A stretch of DNA of 64,000 nt from an uncultured Actinomycetes bacterium. Its GTDB lineage: Bacteria > Actinomycetota > Thermoleophilia > Gaiellales > JAICJC01. The position numbers were made by a program, and so were the translations under genes. Below are positions 44,085 to 54,410 of this stretch, one piece after another; the first letter of the stretch is position 1, and every line of letters begins with the position of its first letter. The notes beneath the pieces were generated by a model, which saw only the letters and a list, made by a program, of their open reading frames with translations, was not told where the DNA came from and ran no database searches. Location: the NCBI GenBank assembly GCA_963727235.1, contig CAVSFZ010000012.1, positions 19,408 through 83,407 on the forward strand, written 5' to 3'.

Positions 44085-45175
44085 CAGCGGCCGCCCATGA
44101 CGCGCTCGAGAGCGGCGTCGAACACGTCGTTTTCCTCGGGAGTCCCGACGGTCACGCGGATCGACTCAGAGTCACCGAACTGATCCAGCGGCCGCACCAC
44201 CACGCCCTCGCGAAGCAACGCCTCTGCCACCGCCCGGCCGTCGCCCACCGCGGCGCACACGAAGTTGGCATAGGCGGGATGGTGCCGCACCCCCAGGCGG
44301 CCAAAGCTTGATTCCAGCACACGCCTGCCGGCCGCATTCAGACGGCGTCGACGCTCGATCTCGGCGGTGTCACCAAGGCTGGCGGTGGCCGCCACATGCG
44401 CGAGCTCGTTGACATCGAACGGCGGTCTCACCCGCGCCATACCGTTGGCGATCTCGGGTGCGGCGACGGCGTAGCCGATCCGCAGCCCGGCCAGGCCGTA
44501 GATCTTGGAGAACGTCCGCAGCACCACCACGTTGGGTCGCGTCTGGACGTGTGCGGGGATCGTGTCGGGGTAGGCGGGATCGTCGACGTACTCGTGGTAG
44601 GCCTCGTCGATCACAACCACCACCCGTTCGGGCACTGCGTCCAGGAACGCCGCCAGCCGGTCTGCGGTGACCATGCCCCCGGTGGGGTTGTTGGGATTGC
44701 AGACGTACGCGATCCGGGTGCGATCGGTGACCGCCGCTGCCAGCGCATCAAGGTCATATGCGCCGTCGCGAAGCGGAACATGCACCGGCACCGCAGCGCA
44801 CTTGACCGCGTCCAGGTGATACGACGGAAACGACGGCCAGCACATCACCGCCTCGTCGCCCGGATCGAGATAGGCCGCCGACAGGTGCCACACGATCGCG
44901 TCGGCCCCGTTTCCCAGCGCCACCCACGAGCGATCGACACGATGCAGCCCCGCCAGCTGCTCGACCAGCTCGAACCCGTGCTCGGGGTAGCGATTGAGCT
45001 CCGGCGCGCTCGCGGCCATCGCTTCCAGTGCAGCGGGGAACGGCCCCAGCGGGCCCTCGTTTGACGCCAGCTTGATCACCCGCTCCAACCCCAGCTCGCG
45101 CCGCACCTGGGACGACGGTTTGCCCGGCTCGTACGGTTGCAGACCCGCCAGCGCCGGTCGCACCTGTGGCGTCAC
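44084..45175 (-). CDS. hisC: histidinol-phosphate aminotransferase
   Basis: 363 aa with LASNEGP, NPNNPTG and TFSKIYGLAGLRIGY (PLP Lys). Confidence 0.85.
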   Translation of the reverse strand: MTPQVRPALAGLQPYEPGKPSSQVRRELGLERVIKLASNEGPLGPFPAALEAMAASAPELNRYPEHGFELVEQLAGLHRVDRSWVALGNGADAIVWHLSAAYLDPGDEAVMCWPSFPSYHLDAVKCAAVPVHVPLRDGAYDLDALAAAVTDRTRIAYVCNPNNPTGGMVTADRLAAFLDAVPERVVVVIDEAYHEYVDDPAYPDTIPAHVQTRPNVVVLRTFSKIYGLAGLRIGYAVAAPEIANGMARVRPPFDVNELAHVAATASLGDTAEIERRRRLNAAGRRVLESSFGRLGVRHHPAYANFVCAAVGDGRAVAEALLREGVVVRPLDQFGDSESIRVTVGTPEENDVFDAALERVMGGR

Positions 45176-45252
45176 GCCGATCCTCGCATCGGGCCAGCGT
45201 AACGGTTGGGGCCGACACCGGGCCGCACCGCCGAATCATCTACAGTGGTGAC

Positions 45253-45873
45253 ATGGCTGGCCACGAGCTGGGACTGTTTCCTCTCGGTGCGGTGCTCGTC
45301 CCGGGTGAATTGATGCCACTGCACATCTTCGAGCCGCGGTACAAGGATCTGATCGCCGATTGCCTCGAGCATCAGCATCCGTTCGTGCTGCTGTACGCCG
45401 ATGACGAGGGCACCCGGGAGATCGGCTGCACCGCCACCGTCGCCGAGGTGCTGGAGCGCTTCGACGACGGCCGCCTGAACATCGTGGTGGAGGGTGAGGA
45501 GGTCGTGCGGGTGGTCGAGCTGGCCCGCGACCGGTCGTATCTGAGCGGACGAGTCGCCCCCGCCGAGGACGACCGGGACGGCGCCGAGGAGGCCGCGGCG
45601 GCAGCCGTGGAGCTGTACAACCAGATCGCCGGGCTGACCGGCGTCGAGCCCGACACCGAGATCGCCGCGGGGACCCACCCGATCTCATACGCAATCGCAG
45701 CCAGGGTCGAGCTGCCGGCCGAAGACAAGCAGCGCATGCTCGAGCTGCGCAGCGAGAACGCGCGGCTCGAAGTGGTCACCGAACTGTTGCAGCGAGGACT
45801 CGACCGGATCGCCTCGGCCGCCGCCGTTCAGCGGTTGGCGCAAACCAACGGGAAGTCGTCGTTGCATCGGTGA
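45253..45873 (+). CDS. LON N-terminal substrate-binding domain protein
   Basis: Starts at ATG 45253. The sequence MAGHELGLFPLGAVLVPGELMPLHIFEPRYKDLI is typical of the Lon N-terminal domain. There is no AAA or protease domain. Confidence 0.75.
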   Translation: MAGHELGLFPLGAVLVPGELMPLHIFEPRYKDLIADCLEHQHPFVLLYADDEGTREIGCTATVAEVLERFDDGRLNIVVEGEEVVRVVELARDRSYLSGRVAPAEDDRDGAEEAAAAAVELYNQIAGLTGVEPDTEIAAGTHPISYAIAARVELPAEDKQRMLELRSENARLEVVTELLQRGLDRIASAAAVQRLAQTNGKSSLHR

Positions 45874-46817
45874 GCGCCCGCCGTCAGGCGGTGCTTGCGC
45901 TGATCGCCGCCAATATCCTCTTCGCCGGCTCGTTCCCGTTCTCCGTGGTCGCACTGCGGGGCTGGAGCCCGGTGACGATCGTCGCCATCCGGTTTGCGAT
46001 CGCCGCCGCGCTGCTCTCGTGGGTGGGCGTACCGGTGCTTCGCCGCGCGAGCTGGTCGCAGCGGCGGCGGATGGCGGCTCTGGCCTCGATCGGGCTGTGG
46101 ACGCAGATGGTGTTCGTGTACGAGGGCATCCAAGCCTCGCAGGCTGCGATCGCCGCCGTGATCGTCGGCCTCGAACCGGTGCTGATCGCCGTGTGGGCGG
46201 CGCTGCTCCTGGGCGAACGGCTCACCGGCAAACGAGCGGCGGGACTCAGCATCGGACTGGTGGGGGCGCTGCTGGTCGCCGGGGTCGGTACCGACTCACC
46301 GCACATTCTGGGATTGGTGTTCCTGCTCGGCATGGGTCTCTGCTGGGGCTGGTACACGGTGGCGGGGAAGGCGCTGATGGTTGAGTTCTCGCCGGTCGAA
46401 CTGATCGCGGCGGTCAGCATCATGGGCGCGCTGTGGGCGGTCACTCCGGGAGTGATCTCGGCGGTGTGGCTGAACGGCTGGACATCACCCGGCGGCGAGC
46501 AGTGGATTGCACTGCTGTACCTGAGCGTGGTCAACAGCATGCTCGCCTACCTGCTGTGGAACTTCGCGCTGGTGCGGCTGCCGGCGGCGATGGTGGGAAC
46601 CAGCCTGTACATCCAGCCGATCCTGGGAGCGACGCTGTCCTGGCTGTTTCTGTCGGAGCGACTGCCCGCCACCTTCATCCCCGGCGGGGCGCTGGTGATG
46701 ACCGCCGTCTGGATTGCAGGACGGCCGGCGGGCGCACCTGCGGAACGGCAGTTAGAGCACCAGCCCGAAGCAGTCCCGGCGGGGATCGCCGGCGGCGAGC
46801 AGCCTCCCATCGTGTGA
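45870..46817 (+). CDS. DMT-superfamily (EamA) transporter
   Basis: 315 aa with about ten hydrophobic segments arranged as two EamA-like halves. Confidence 0.75.
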   Translation: MSARRQAVLALIAANILFAGSFPFSVVALRGWSPVTIVAIRFAIAAALLSWVGVPVLRRASWSQRRRMAALASIGLWTQMVFVYEGIQASQAAIAAVIVGLEPVLIAVWAALLLGERLTGKRAAGLSIGLVGALLVAGVGTDSPHILGLVFLLGMGLCWGWYTVAGKALMVEFSPVELIAAVSIMGALWAVTPGVISAVWLNGWTSPGGEQWIALLYLSVVNSMLAYLLWNFALVRLPAAMVGTSLYIQPILGATLSWLFLSERLPATFIPGGALVMTAVWIAGRPAGAPAERQLEHQPEAVPAGIAGGEQPPIV

Positions 46818-48318
46818 CCGCGTGACCGCGTTGGCGCCGCCGAAGTAGAGGTTCAGCCCCTCGAACCGGTTGACGTGCTCGCCTCGCTGCTCCAGCGCCG
46901 AGACCGCCTCCGGATCGAGCCCACCCTCGCAGTCGATACGGTCGCCCTCCACGTGCACCCGGGGAGCGGCCACCGCTTCGGCCACCGGCATGCCCCGGTC
47001 GATGGAGTTCACTATCACCTGGGTGATCGCCGACCGCAACCGGTTGGAGCCGGACGAGCCCACCACCAGCCGCAGCTCACCGCCTGCGGTCACGATCGTC
47101 GGTGCCTGCATGCTGGTGAGCCGCGTGCCGGGGTGCAGATGCCGTCCCGGAGCGAGATCCTCCTCGCCGATCATGTTGTTCAGATGCAGCCCGGTGCCGG
47201 GCACGATCACACCCGAGTGCGACCCGTTGGATGCGGTGAACGCGGCCGCGTTTCCGTCTCCGTCCACCACCGAGATGTGGGTGGTGCCGCGGTCTGATCG
47301 CAGCGCCGGAACCGACTGCGAGATGCCCGCCAGAGCCGCCGCGACCTGGTCGCGGCCGCGCTGCACGGTTTCCGGGGCGAACAGGTACCCGCGCAGCCCG
47401 CCGGTGTGCAGCAGATGCTCGAACCGCCGGTCACGCACCCGCGCGGCAGCGCGCATCGACTCCACCATCAGCGTCAGCCGAGGCTCCCCGTCGCGGTCAT
47501 TCGCAAACCCGTCAAGCACCGCCAGCACGTAGACGATCAGGGCGCCGCCCGATGACGGCGGGGCATTGGTGAGCAGGTCATGACCGCGGAAGCTGCCGGT
47601 CAGCGGCCGTCGCCACACCGGCCGTTGGGCGGCCAGATCGTCCATCGTCAGGCTGCCGCCGGTGGCATGCTGGTGGTCGACCATCGCCCGCGCCAGACTC
47701 CCGGTTGCAAACTCCGACGGGCCCGACTCGGCCAGCAGCTCGATCGAGCCGGCCAGATCGCGCTGACGCACGACGTCCCCCGGACTCACCAGGCGCCCGT
47801 CACGCTGGAACACCGCCCGGCCCTCGGGTGTCGAGGTGACGATCACCTCGATCGCCTTGAACACGGCGTGCTGGCCCTGGTTGAGCGCCACGCCCCGGTC
47901 CGCCGTCTGCGCCGCCGGCAGCAGCAGGTCGCGCCAGGGCAGCCGCCCGTACCGCCGGTGCAGCGCGTGCAGGCCGGGCACCACTCCGGGCACCGCGCAT
48001 GTCGCCGGGCCGATGTGGAACACCTGGGTGGTGCGCGCGTCGAACGGCACCTCGACCGACTCGACCTCGACCCAGTCGCCGGTCATCGGGCAGATTGATG
48101 CCCGGGATCGAGGTGAAGGCGTCGAGCAGCGCGGGACGGCCGCGAACGGGGCGCACCAGGGCAAAGCCGCCGCCGCACGGGCCGGTCAGCGCCGGTTCGG
48201 CCGCCCACGACATCGCCGCAGCGGCGACCAGCGCGTCCACCGCATGACCACCCTGCGCGAGCGCCTCAGCGCCCGCGCGCGCGGTCAACTCGTGCCCTGC
48301 AGCAATCGCGCCTCGCAT
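46752..48318 (-). pseudogene. ggt: gamma-glutamyltransferase, interrupted by an apparent +1 frameshift near 48084-48092
   Basis: The N-terminal 77 aa (MRGAIAAGHELTARAGAEAL...GGGFALV...FTSIPGINLP) are in ORF 47800..48318. The rest (TGDWVEVESVEVPF...RGTTHISVVDGDGNAA...) is in ORF 46752..48164, one frame over. The junction sits at a GGG run (48088-48090). Confidence 0.75.
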
Positions 48319-48330
48319 CCAGCGAGGCCC

Positions 48331-49515
48331 CTACGAGACCAGGAAGTCGGGCGGGTCGAGATCGACGGGCTCAGGCTCCGGCACCGGGGCAAACGACGTG
48401 ACTCGCTGGGGAGCGCTGCGTTCACCCGGAAGCGGGAACCCGGTGGCGACCACGGTCACCCACAGCTGGCCCGCCAGACGCTCGTCCACGGTCGCGCCGA
48501 AAATGATGTTGGTGTTGTCGTCGGCCGCCGCGCGGACGATCTCGGCCGCCTCGTTGACCTCGTGCAGCGACAGGTCTGACCCGCCGCTGATGGCCAGCAG
48601 GATGCCCTTGGCGGCGTGCACCTCGTGATCGATCAGCGGCGACGAGATGGCGCGAGTGGCGGCCTCTGACGCGCGGGTCGAGCCGGTGGCCATGCCGATC
48701 CCCATCATCGCGTTGCCGGCATCGCCCATGATCGTGCGAACGTCGGCGAAGTCGAGGTTGATCAGCCCGGGCAGCGTGATCAGGTCGCAGATCCCCTGCA
48801 CGCCCTGACGCAGCACGTCGTCGGCGACCTGGAACGCCTCGACCAGCGGCGTGCCCTTCTCGAGCACCTCCAGCAGGCGGTCGTTGGGGATCACGATCAC
48901 CGTGTCCGAGGCGTCGCGCAGGGCCTGCACTCCGGAGCCGGCCTGGGCGGCACGGCGGGTTCCCTCGAAGGTGAACGGCGAGGTCACGATCGCAACCGTG
49001 AGCGCCCCCACCTCGCGGGCCACACGGGCCACCACGGGGGCGGCACCGGACCCCGTGCCGCCACCTTCACCGGCGGTCACGAACACCATGTCGGAGCCGC
49101 GCAAGACGGTCTTCAGCCGGTCGTGGGCGTCCTCGGCGGCCTCCCGGCCCACGTCGGGATCGGCGCCCGACCCGAGCCCCTTGGTGTCTTCCCGGCCGAT
49201 CTGGATCTTGGTCGGGGCCTCGCACATCTGCAGCTGCTGGATGTCGGTGTTGAGTGCGATGAACTCCACCCCGCCGACACCTGCCTCGATCATCCGGTTG
49301 ATGGCATTACAGCCGCCGCCACCGACGCCCACCACCCGGATCACCGCGAGGTACGGCGACTCGGCGGCACGCGGAGCCTGGTCGAGACGATCGTCGGACG
49401 GCTCCACCATCTGCGGGCGGGTACCCGACTCGGCGGCCGCATGATCGGCCTTGGCGGCGATCTCGGACACGGTCTCGGTCTGCTTGAACAGCTGGGCCAA
49501 CGGGCCGTCTCGCAT
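48331..49515 (-). CDS. ftsZ: cell division protein FtsZ
   Basis: Motifs are VVGVGGGGCNAINRM, the tubulin signature GGGTGSGAAPVVA and a C-terminal peptide DLDPPDFLVS. The start is uncertain among ATG 49515, 49533 and 49410. All give an N-terminal extension before the GTPase core. Confidence 0.9.
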   Translation of the reverse strand: MRDGPLAQLFKQTETVSEIAAKADHAAAESGTRPQMVEPSDDRLDQAPRAAESPYLAVIRVVGVGGGGCNAINRMIEAGVGGVEFIALNTDIQQLQMCEAPTKIQIGREDTKGLGSGADPDVGREAAEDAHDRLKTVLRGSDMVFVTAGEGGGTGSGAAPVVARVAREVGALTVAIVTSPFTFEGTRRAAQAGSGVQALRDASDTVIVIPNDRLLEVLEKGTPLVEAFQVADDVLRQGVQGICDLITLPGLINLDFADVRTIMGDAGNAMMGIGMATGSTRASEAATRAISSPLIDHEVHAAKGILLAISGGSDLSLHEVNEAAEIVRAAADDNTNIIFGATVDERLAGQLWVTVVATGFPLPGERSAPQRVTSFAPVPEPEPVDLDPPDFLVS

Positions 49516-49516
49516 G

Positions 49517-50357
49517 CTATGCCGCTTTGCCATCGCGCAGCACCTCCCCAGCCAGGTCACGGTACGCCTTGGCGGCGTTGCCCTTGGAATCGTACTTCAG
49601 TACGGACGTGCCTTTCACAGGCGCCTCGGCATACCGCACCGTCTTGCGAATCTTGGTCTGGAACACCAGGTCGCCAAAGTTCTCCTCGAGGATCTCGACC
49701 GCCTCCTTGGCGTGCAGCGTGCGACCGTCGAACATGGTCGGCAGAATGCCGCGGATGCGAACGTCGGGATTGAGGTTGTCGCGGATCATGGTGAGGGTGT
49801 TCTCGAGCTGAATCAGCCCGCGCAATGACAGATACTCGCATTGGACGGGGACGATCACCCCGTCGGCGGCCGTGAGCGCGTTGATCGTCGAGCAGTCCCA
49901 GCGACGGCGGAGTGTCGATCAGGATGAAGTCGTAGTCCGAGCGCACCGGCAGAAGCGCCTTTTGCAGGGCGCGTTCACGACCGATCATCGACGACAGCGC
50001 CAGCTCGGCGCCGGCCAGGTCGATCGACGACACCGCCAGGTCGATTTCCTGGTGGTGAATCACCTCGATGATCGGCGTCTTGTGCACCAGCACGTCGAAC
50101 ATGGAACGGTCGAGGTCGTCGGGGTCGAGCCCCTGGCTCATGGTCAGGTTGCCCTGAGGATCGAGATCGATCGCCAGAACCCGCTGCCCACGCTCTGCCA
50201 ACGCCACTCCCAGATTGAGCGTCGTTGTGGTCTTGGCAACGCCGCCTTTCTGGTTTGCGAAGGCGATAACCTGCCCCAAAACAGCTCCTTCTACAGTCGT
50301 TGACTCTGCCTCGGAGACAGCTCGTGTCTCCGCCGTATCACGCCAAGCGGTATGCAT
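49517..50357 (-). pseudogene. ParA/Soj-family ATPase, interrupted by an apparent 1-nt insertion near 49887-49892
   Basis: The N-terminal half (IAFANQKGGVAKTTTT...ILIDTPPSLGLL) is in ORF 49557..50357. The C-terminal half (INALTAADGVIVPVQCEYLSLRGL...) is in ORF 49517..49858. The two join exactly at the conserved SLGLLTINAL motif if one nucleotide is removed. Confidence 0.8.
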
Positions 50358-50383
50358 CGCGTGGTTCTTCGCTCATAAACAGT

Positions 50384-51472
50384 CTATTCCTGCCATCCGC
50401 GGGCAGCCTCGATCCGCTCCCGCGGAGTCGGATGGGAGGCCGTCAGCAGGTGTCGCAGACGGGGAGGGTCGAGCTCCATCAGGTTCTGCGCGGTGAGCCG
50501 CTCGAACGCACGGGCGTAGGTCTCTCCCTCGCCGGTGAGCTCGATCGCGTAGCGGTCGGCCTCCCACTCGCGCCGCCGCGAGTACCAGGCGCCCACCGGC
50601 GAGATCAGCGCCGCTGCCAGCGAGAACCCGAGCACCACCGACGGCAGGGTGGTCAGATGGCCGACGCCGTCGGGAGCGAGCCACAGCACTCCCACCCATG
50701 CGCCCAGCATGCCCACCGCGGTGGCCGCCGCCTGCAGCAGCGTCAACCTCCAGACGTCGTGGTGGACGCGATGGCCAAGCTCGTGGGCGAGCACCACCCG
50801 GGTGTGCCCGAGCGCCTCAGAATCGGTCGCGTACCCACTCTCACCGGCGAGCGTATCGCCCACGTAGATGCGCACGGTGGGCCCCAGACCGGCGACCATC
50901 GCATTTGCCGCCGAGGTCTTCTCGCCCATCAGCAGCAGCCGCAGCTCACGAACGGCAACTCCCGCCTGGGCGGCGGTCTGGGCGAGCGCATCGGCCAGCG
51001 GGCCGGGGTCGAGCGGACGGCTGCGCAGAAAGATCGGCAGCAGCACCACCGGCCAGGCCGCGGCCAGGATCAGCCCCAGCCCCACGGCCAGGAGCCACGC
51101 CGGCAGCGGCCAGCCGTGCGGCCACTGGCGCTGGCAGGCGAGCAGGCCGAGCGCCGCCAGGCCTCCCAGCAGATCGGAAAGCGCGTTACGCCCTTGAGCC
51201 AGTCGGCGATCCATCCCCAGGTCGTCTGCCGGGACAGTCCATAGCCGCGGGACAGCCGCTGGCCGAGCAGTCCGAACGGCAGCGACACCAACGGCAGCAG
51301 CAGCCCCAGCGCCGCCGACTGATCCCCACCCGCCGAGGCTCCCGGCCGCCAGTGTGATCGCAATCAGGGTCAGCAGCGACACGATGCTCGAGACCGTGCC
51401 GAGCCTCCGGCGGCGGCGGTTGTACTCACGTGCCGGCGCTTGCCGCATCGGGTCGTGAGCCGGCTCGCTCAC
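50384..51472 (-). pseudogene. M48 (Ste24/HtpX-like) zinc metallopeptidase with two apparently compensating frameshifts in the N-terminal region
   Basis: The HExxH motif is LAHELGHRVHHD. The ORF stays open. However, about 130 nt (roughly 51192-51326) make family-like sequence only in another frame (ALGLLLPLVSLPFGLLGQRLSRGYGLSRQTTWGWIADWLKG, seen in ORF 51070..51363). Confidence 0.7.
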
Positions 51473-51488
51473 GACCCGACCGGCGTGG

Positions 51489-51848
51489 CTAGGTGACCTT
51501 GAGCACGAAGTGCATGGTGGTGGGGTGGATCGAGCAGTACACCGTGTAGGTGCCCTTCGCCAGCGTCACCGTGACGGTGGCCGACTTGCCGCCGGCCAGG
51601 TTCTTGGTGTGAGCTGCCAGCACGGCCCCGCTCGTCCCCTTGCGGATGTGCATGTTGTGCGCGATCTTGGCGTTGTTGACCACGTGGAACGTGACCGCAC
51701 CATGCTTCACCGTCGTTGTGCTGTGGGTGATCGAAAAGCTCTTGAGCCCGATGTTGACGGAAGCCGCCGCCCCGGCGCCGGTGCTCGTAAGCGCCAGCAC
51801 CCCCATCGTCCCGACCACCACTGCTGTGAGCATCCATCGCGTTTTCAT
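51489..51848 (-). CDS. secreted cupredoxin-domain (type-1 copper-like) protein
   Basis: Internal ATG 51848 gives MKTRWMLTAVVVGTMGVLALTS, a signal peptide. The putative Cu ligands are HNMH...YCSIHPTTM (His, Cys-x2-His-x3-Met). Confidence 0.6.
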   Translation of the reverse strand: MKTRWMLTAVVVGTMGVLALTSTGAGAAASVNIGLKSFSITHSTTTVKHGAVTFHVVNNAKIAHNMHIRKGTSGAVLAAHTKNLAGGKSATVTVTLAKGTYTVYCSIHPTTMHFVLKVT

Positions 51849-51900
51849 ACCCCGGTGTACGAGCAGCCAGACCGAATCGGATGTTGGGCTGTGGCGCGAA

Positions 51901-54316
51901 TCACACCCGGTCCGGTTCACCCACCGGCTCGGCCAGCCACACGGGCTGCTCAGGATCGGGCTTGCGACTCGACCTGTCGGCCACGGCAGCGGCTCCCAGC
52001 AGCACTGCGATCGCAAGTGCAGAGCCGATCAGGCCACGCATGATCCATGGATCGGTGTACTCCAGCTTGACCAGGTGGCGCCCCGCGGGCACGATCACGC
52101 CCTGGTCGATGTAGTCGGCAGGCATCACGTCGGCAGGTTGACCGTCGATGGTCGCGTGCCACCCGGAGGCGTACGGCGTGCGGATCAGAAGCAGCTGCCG
52201 GCGGGGAGAACGGACGGCCACGGTCGCCGACTCAGGGCGGGTTGACTGGTACACGGCTGTACCCACGCCGCGACGCTTCCCAGGATTTCCGGAGCCCACG
52301 GGCCCCTCGATCACCACGTCGTGATTGGGCTTGAATCCGGTACGCCAGACGTAGGCCAGGGCAGCCGACGGTTTTCTCACCGACCGCCACGAACCAAACA
52401 ACGATGCCGCCTCCGGGGACCGGACGCCGGAACAGCGAGAAGGTGGGGCCGAACCGCACCACGTGTTCACGGGTCTGCGGCTGCCCGCGGGATGGTCGCA
52501 GCACCCACTGCACCCGCAGCAGATTGGCCAGAGTATGCGGTACACGGGTGAAGGTCGCGTGCTCGTAGTTGGCCGGCGCGCCCCCCAGCGCGCGCAGGAT
52601 GACCCAGTAGCGGCGCAGCTCGACCGCCTCATAGCCGCCGGCGCTCTGCGCACCCGAGAGCAACGGCCAGTCGAGCAGCCATGCCGGTTCGGTGCCGGGG
52701 CCGATCAGCCCGTACGGCTTGCCTGCCCGCGCCGATCCGTTGTTCGAGATCACCACCACCCGGCCGGTACCGGGTTTGGCCAGGTACGACTGGAAGATCG
52801 AACGATCAAGGATGACCGGGGCGACATCGGTGGTGCCGCGCGCGGCCGGAGTCAAGCGAGGCGGCACCGGGCCGACAGCGATCGGCCGCTGGTAGGCGGG
52901 CGCGAGCGAGGTACCGGCGAGCACCAGCTCGACCGCCAGCACACAGGGCACGACCCAGGTCAGCTCGGGCCGGCGCCGAGCCAGCTCCAAGACGCCGATC
53001 CCGACGGCGATGCCCAACGTGGCAACGCCCAAAGCGGGCCAGCTGACCCCCAGCACCACCGGCAACACGATCCACACCCCGACCGCCGCGACCCCGGCGG
53101 TGCGGCGGGTGTGCGGGTCGACCCGCGGCCAAGCGGTCAACCCGATCGCTCCGAGCACCGACAGCGAGAGCACGATTTCGTATCCCAGCCACCAGGGCGC
53201 GTGCAGGTACAGATCCACCGGCAGCAGATCGTCGATCGCGTGCGGAAGCACACTGATGAATGCCGTCAGCGAGGTCACGTACACGAACGCCGTGACGGCG
53301 GCAAACGTCCATGCCAGGCGGCGGTAGCGGCTGCTGAAGGCCAGGAAGACGGCGATCAGCATGGCTCCGCCGAGGTACGCGCCGGGAGGAGCCGAGAGCT
53401 TCAGCGGCCAGCCCCAGCCGGCCCCGAAACCCGGTTGGTACGGCAGGGGGTCGAATCCGGCCAGCATCCGGCCGAGGGCTCTCAGCGGCCCGTACCCCAT
53501 CCCCAGACTGGTCTCGTCCACGTATGCCAGCCGGGGCGCGAAATAGGCGAGGTTGACCGCGGCCGCCGACACCGCCAGGGTGGCCGCGATCGCGGTCGCC
53601 TGGCCGGGCACCAGCCGACCTTTGCGGACGTCGATGATCAACTTGGTGGCGACGTACGCGATGATGCTGACGCTTCCCATCAGCAGCCCCAATCCGGCGT
53701 GAGCCGCTGCGATCTGCCCCCAGGCGATGGCGGTGGGCACCATCCACACCAGCCTGCGCGCCCAGGTGCGGGCGACCAGCAGGCGCGAGCAGGCCAGCAG
53801 CGTCAGCACCGTCCAGGCCAGAGACGCCGAGAACGGCAGGGCATCCGCCAGCGTCGATCCGGTCATCGTCATCGCCAGCGCCAGCCCGCCACAGCAGGCA
53901 GCCCAGCGGGGCAAGCGCTCTACCCGCAGCAGGAAGTACAGGCCGATGCCGGCGGTCAACGGCTGCAGTACCAGCATGGCGCGGATGGCGTGGTCCGGCG
54001 AGAGCAGCACAAACAGCAGCGACGGCTCGATGTATCCCCACCCTGACTGCGCGTCGGACGCAAACGGCGCACCCCCCATCAGGTTTGACTGCCACAGAGG
54101 GATGTGGCCGGCCCGCAGCGCTCGCCCGAGGTATGTCCACACGGGCAGCCACAGCGCCAGGGCGTCGGCGTTTGCGACCTTCCCGAAGATGACCGTGTCG
54201 CGCATCGACGCGAGCACGGCGGCGGCGATCAGCCCGGTCGCGGCCAGATCTCCACGAACCGCAGCCCAGATCGCAGCCTGCCGGGCGAGCATTGGCGGTC
54301 GGTCGGCAATGGCCAT
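51901..54316 (-). pseudogene. large polytopic YfhO-like (GT-C type) membrane protein, apparent +1 frameshift near 52410-52420
   Basis: The roughly 630-aa multi-TM N-terminal part is in ORF 52232..54316. The family-like C-terminus (LLLIRTPYASGWHATIDGQPADV...VPAGRHLVKLEYTDP plus a final TM) is in ORF 51901..52653. The junction sits at a GGGG run (52415-52418). Confidence 0.6.
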
Positions 54317-54410
54317 GCTCAGCGAACGCTAGGGATCGAGTATGTGATTGCGATGAGTGACGCTCGATCGGCTGGGCGGGACAGGGGCGTTCCCGAGCAT
54401 ACGTGGATCG

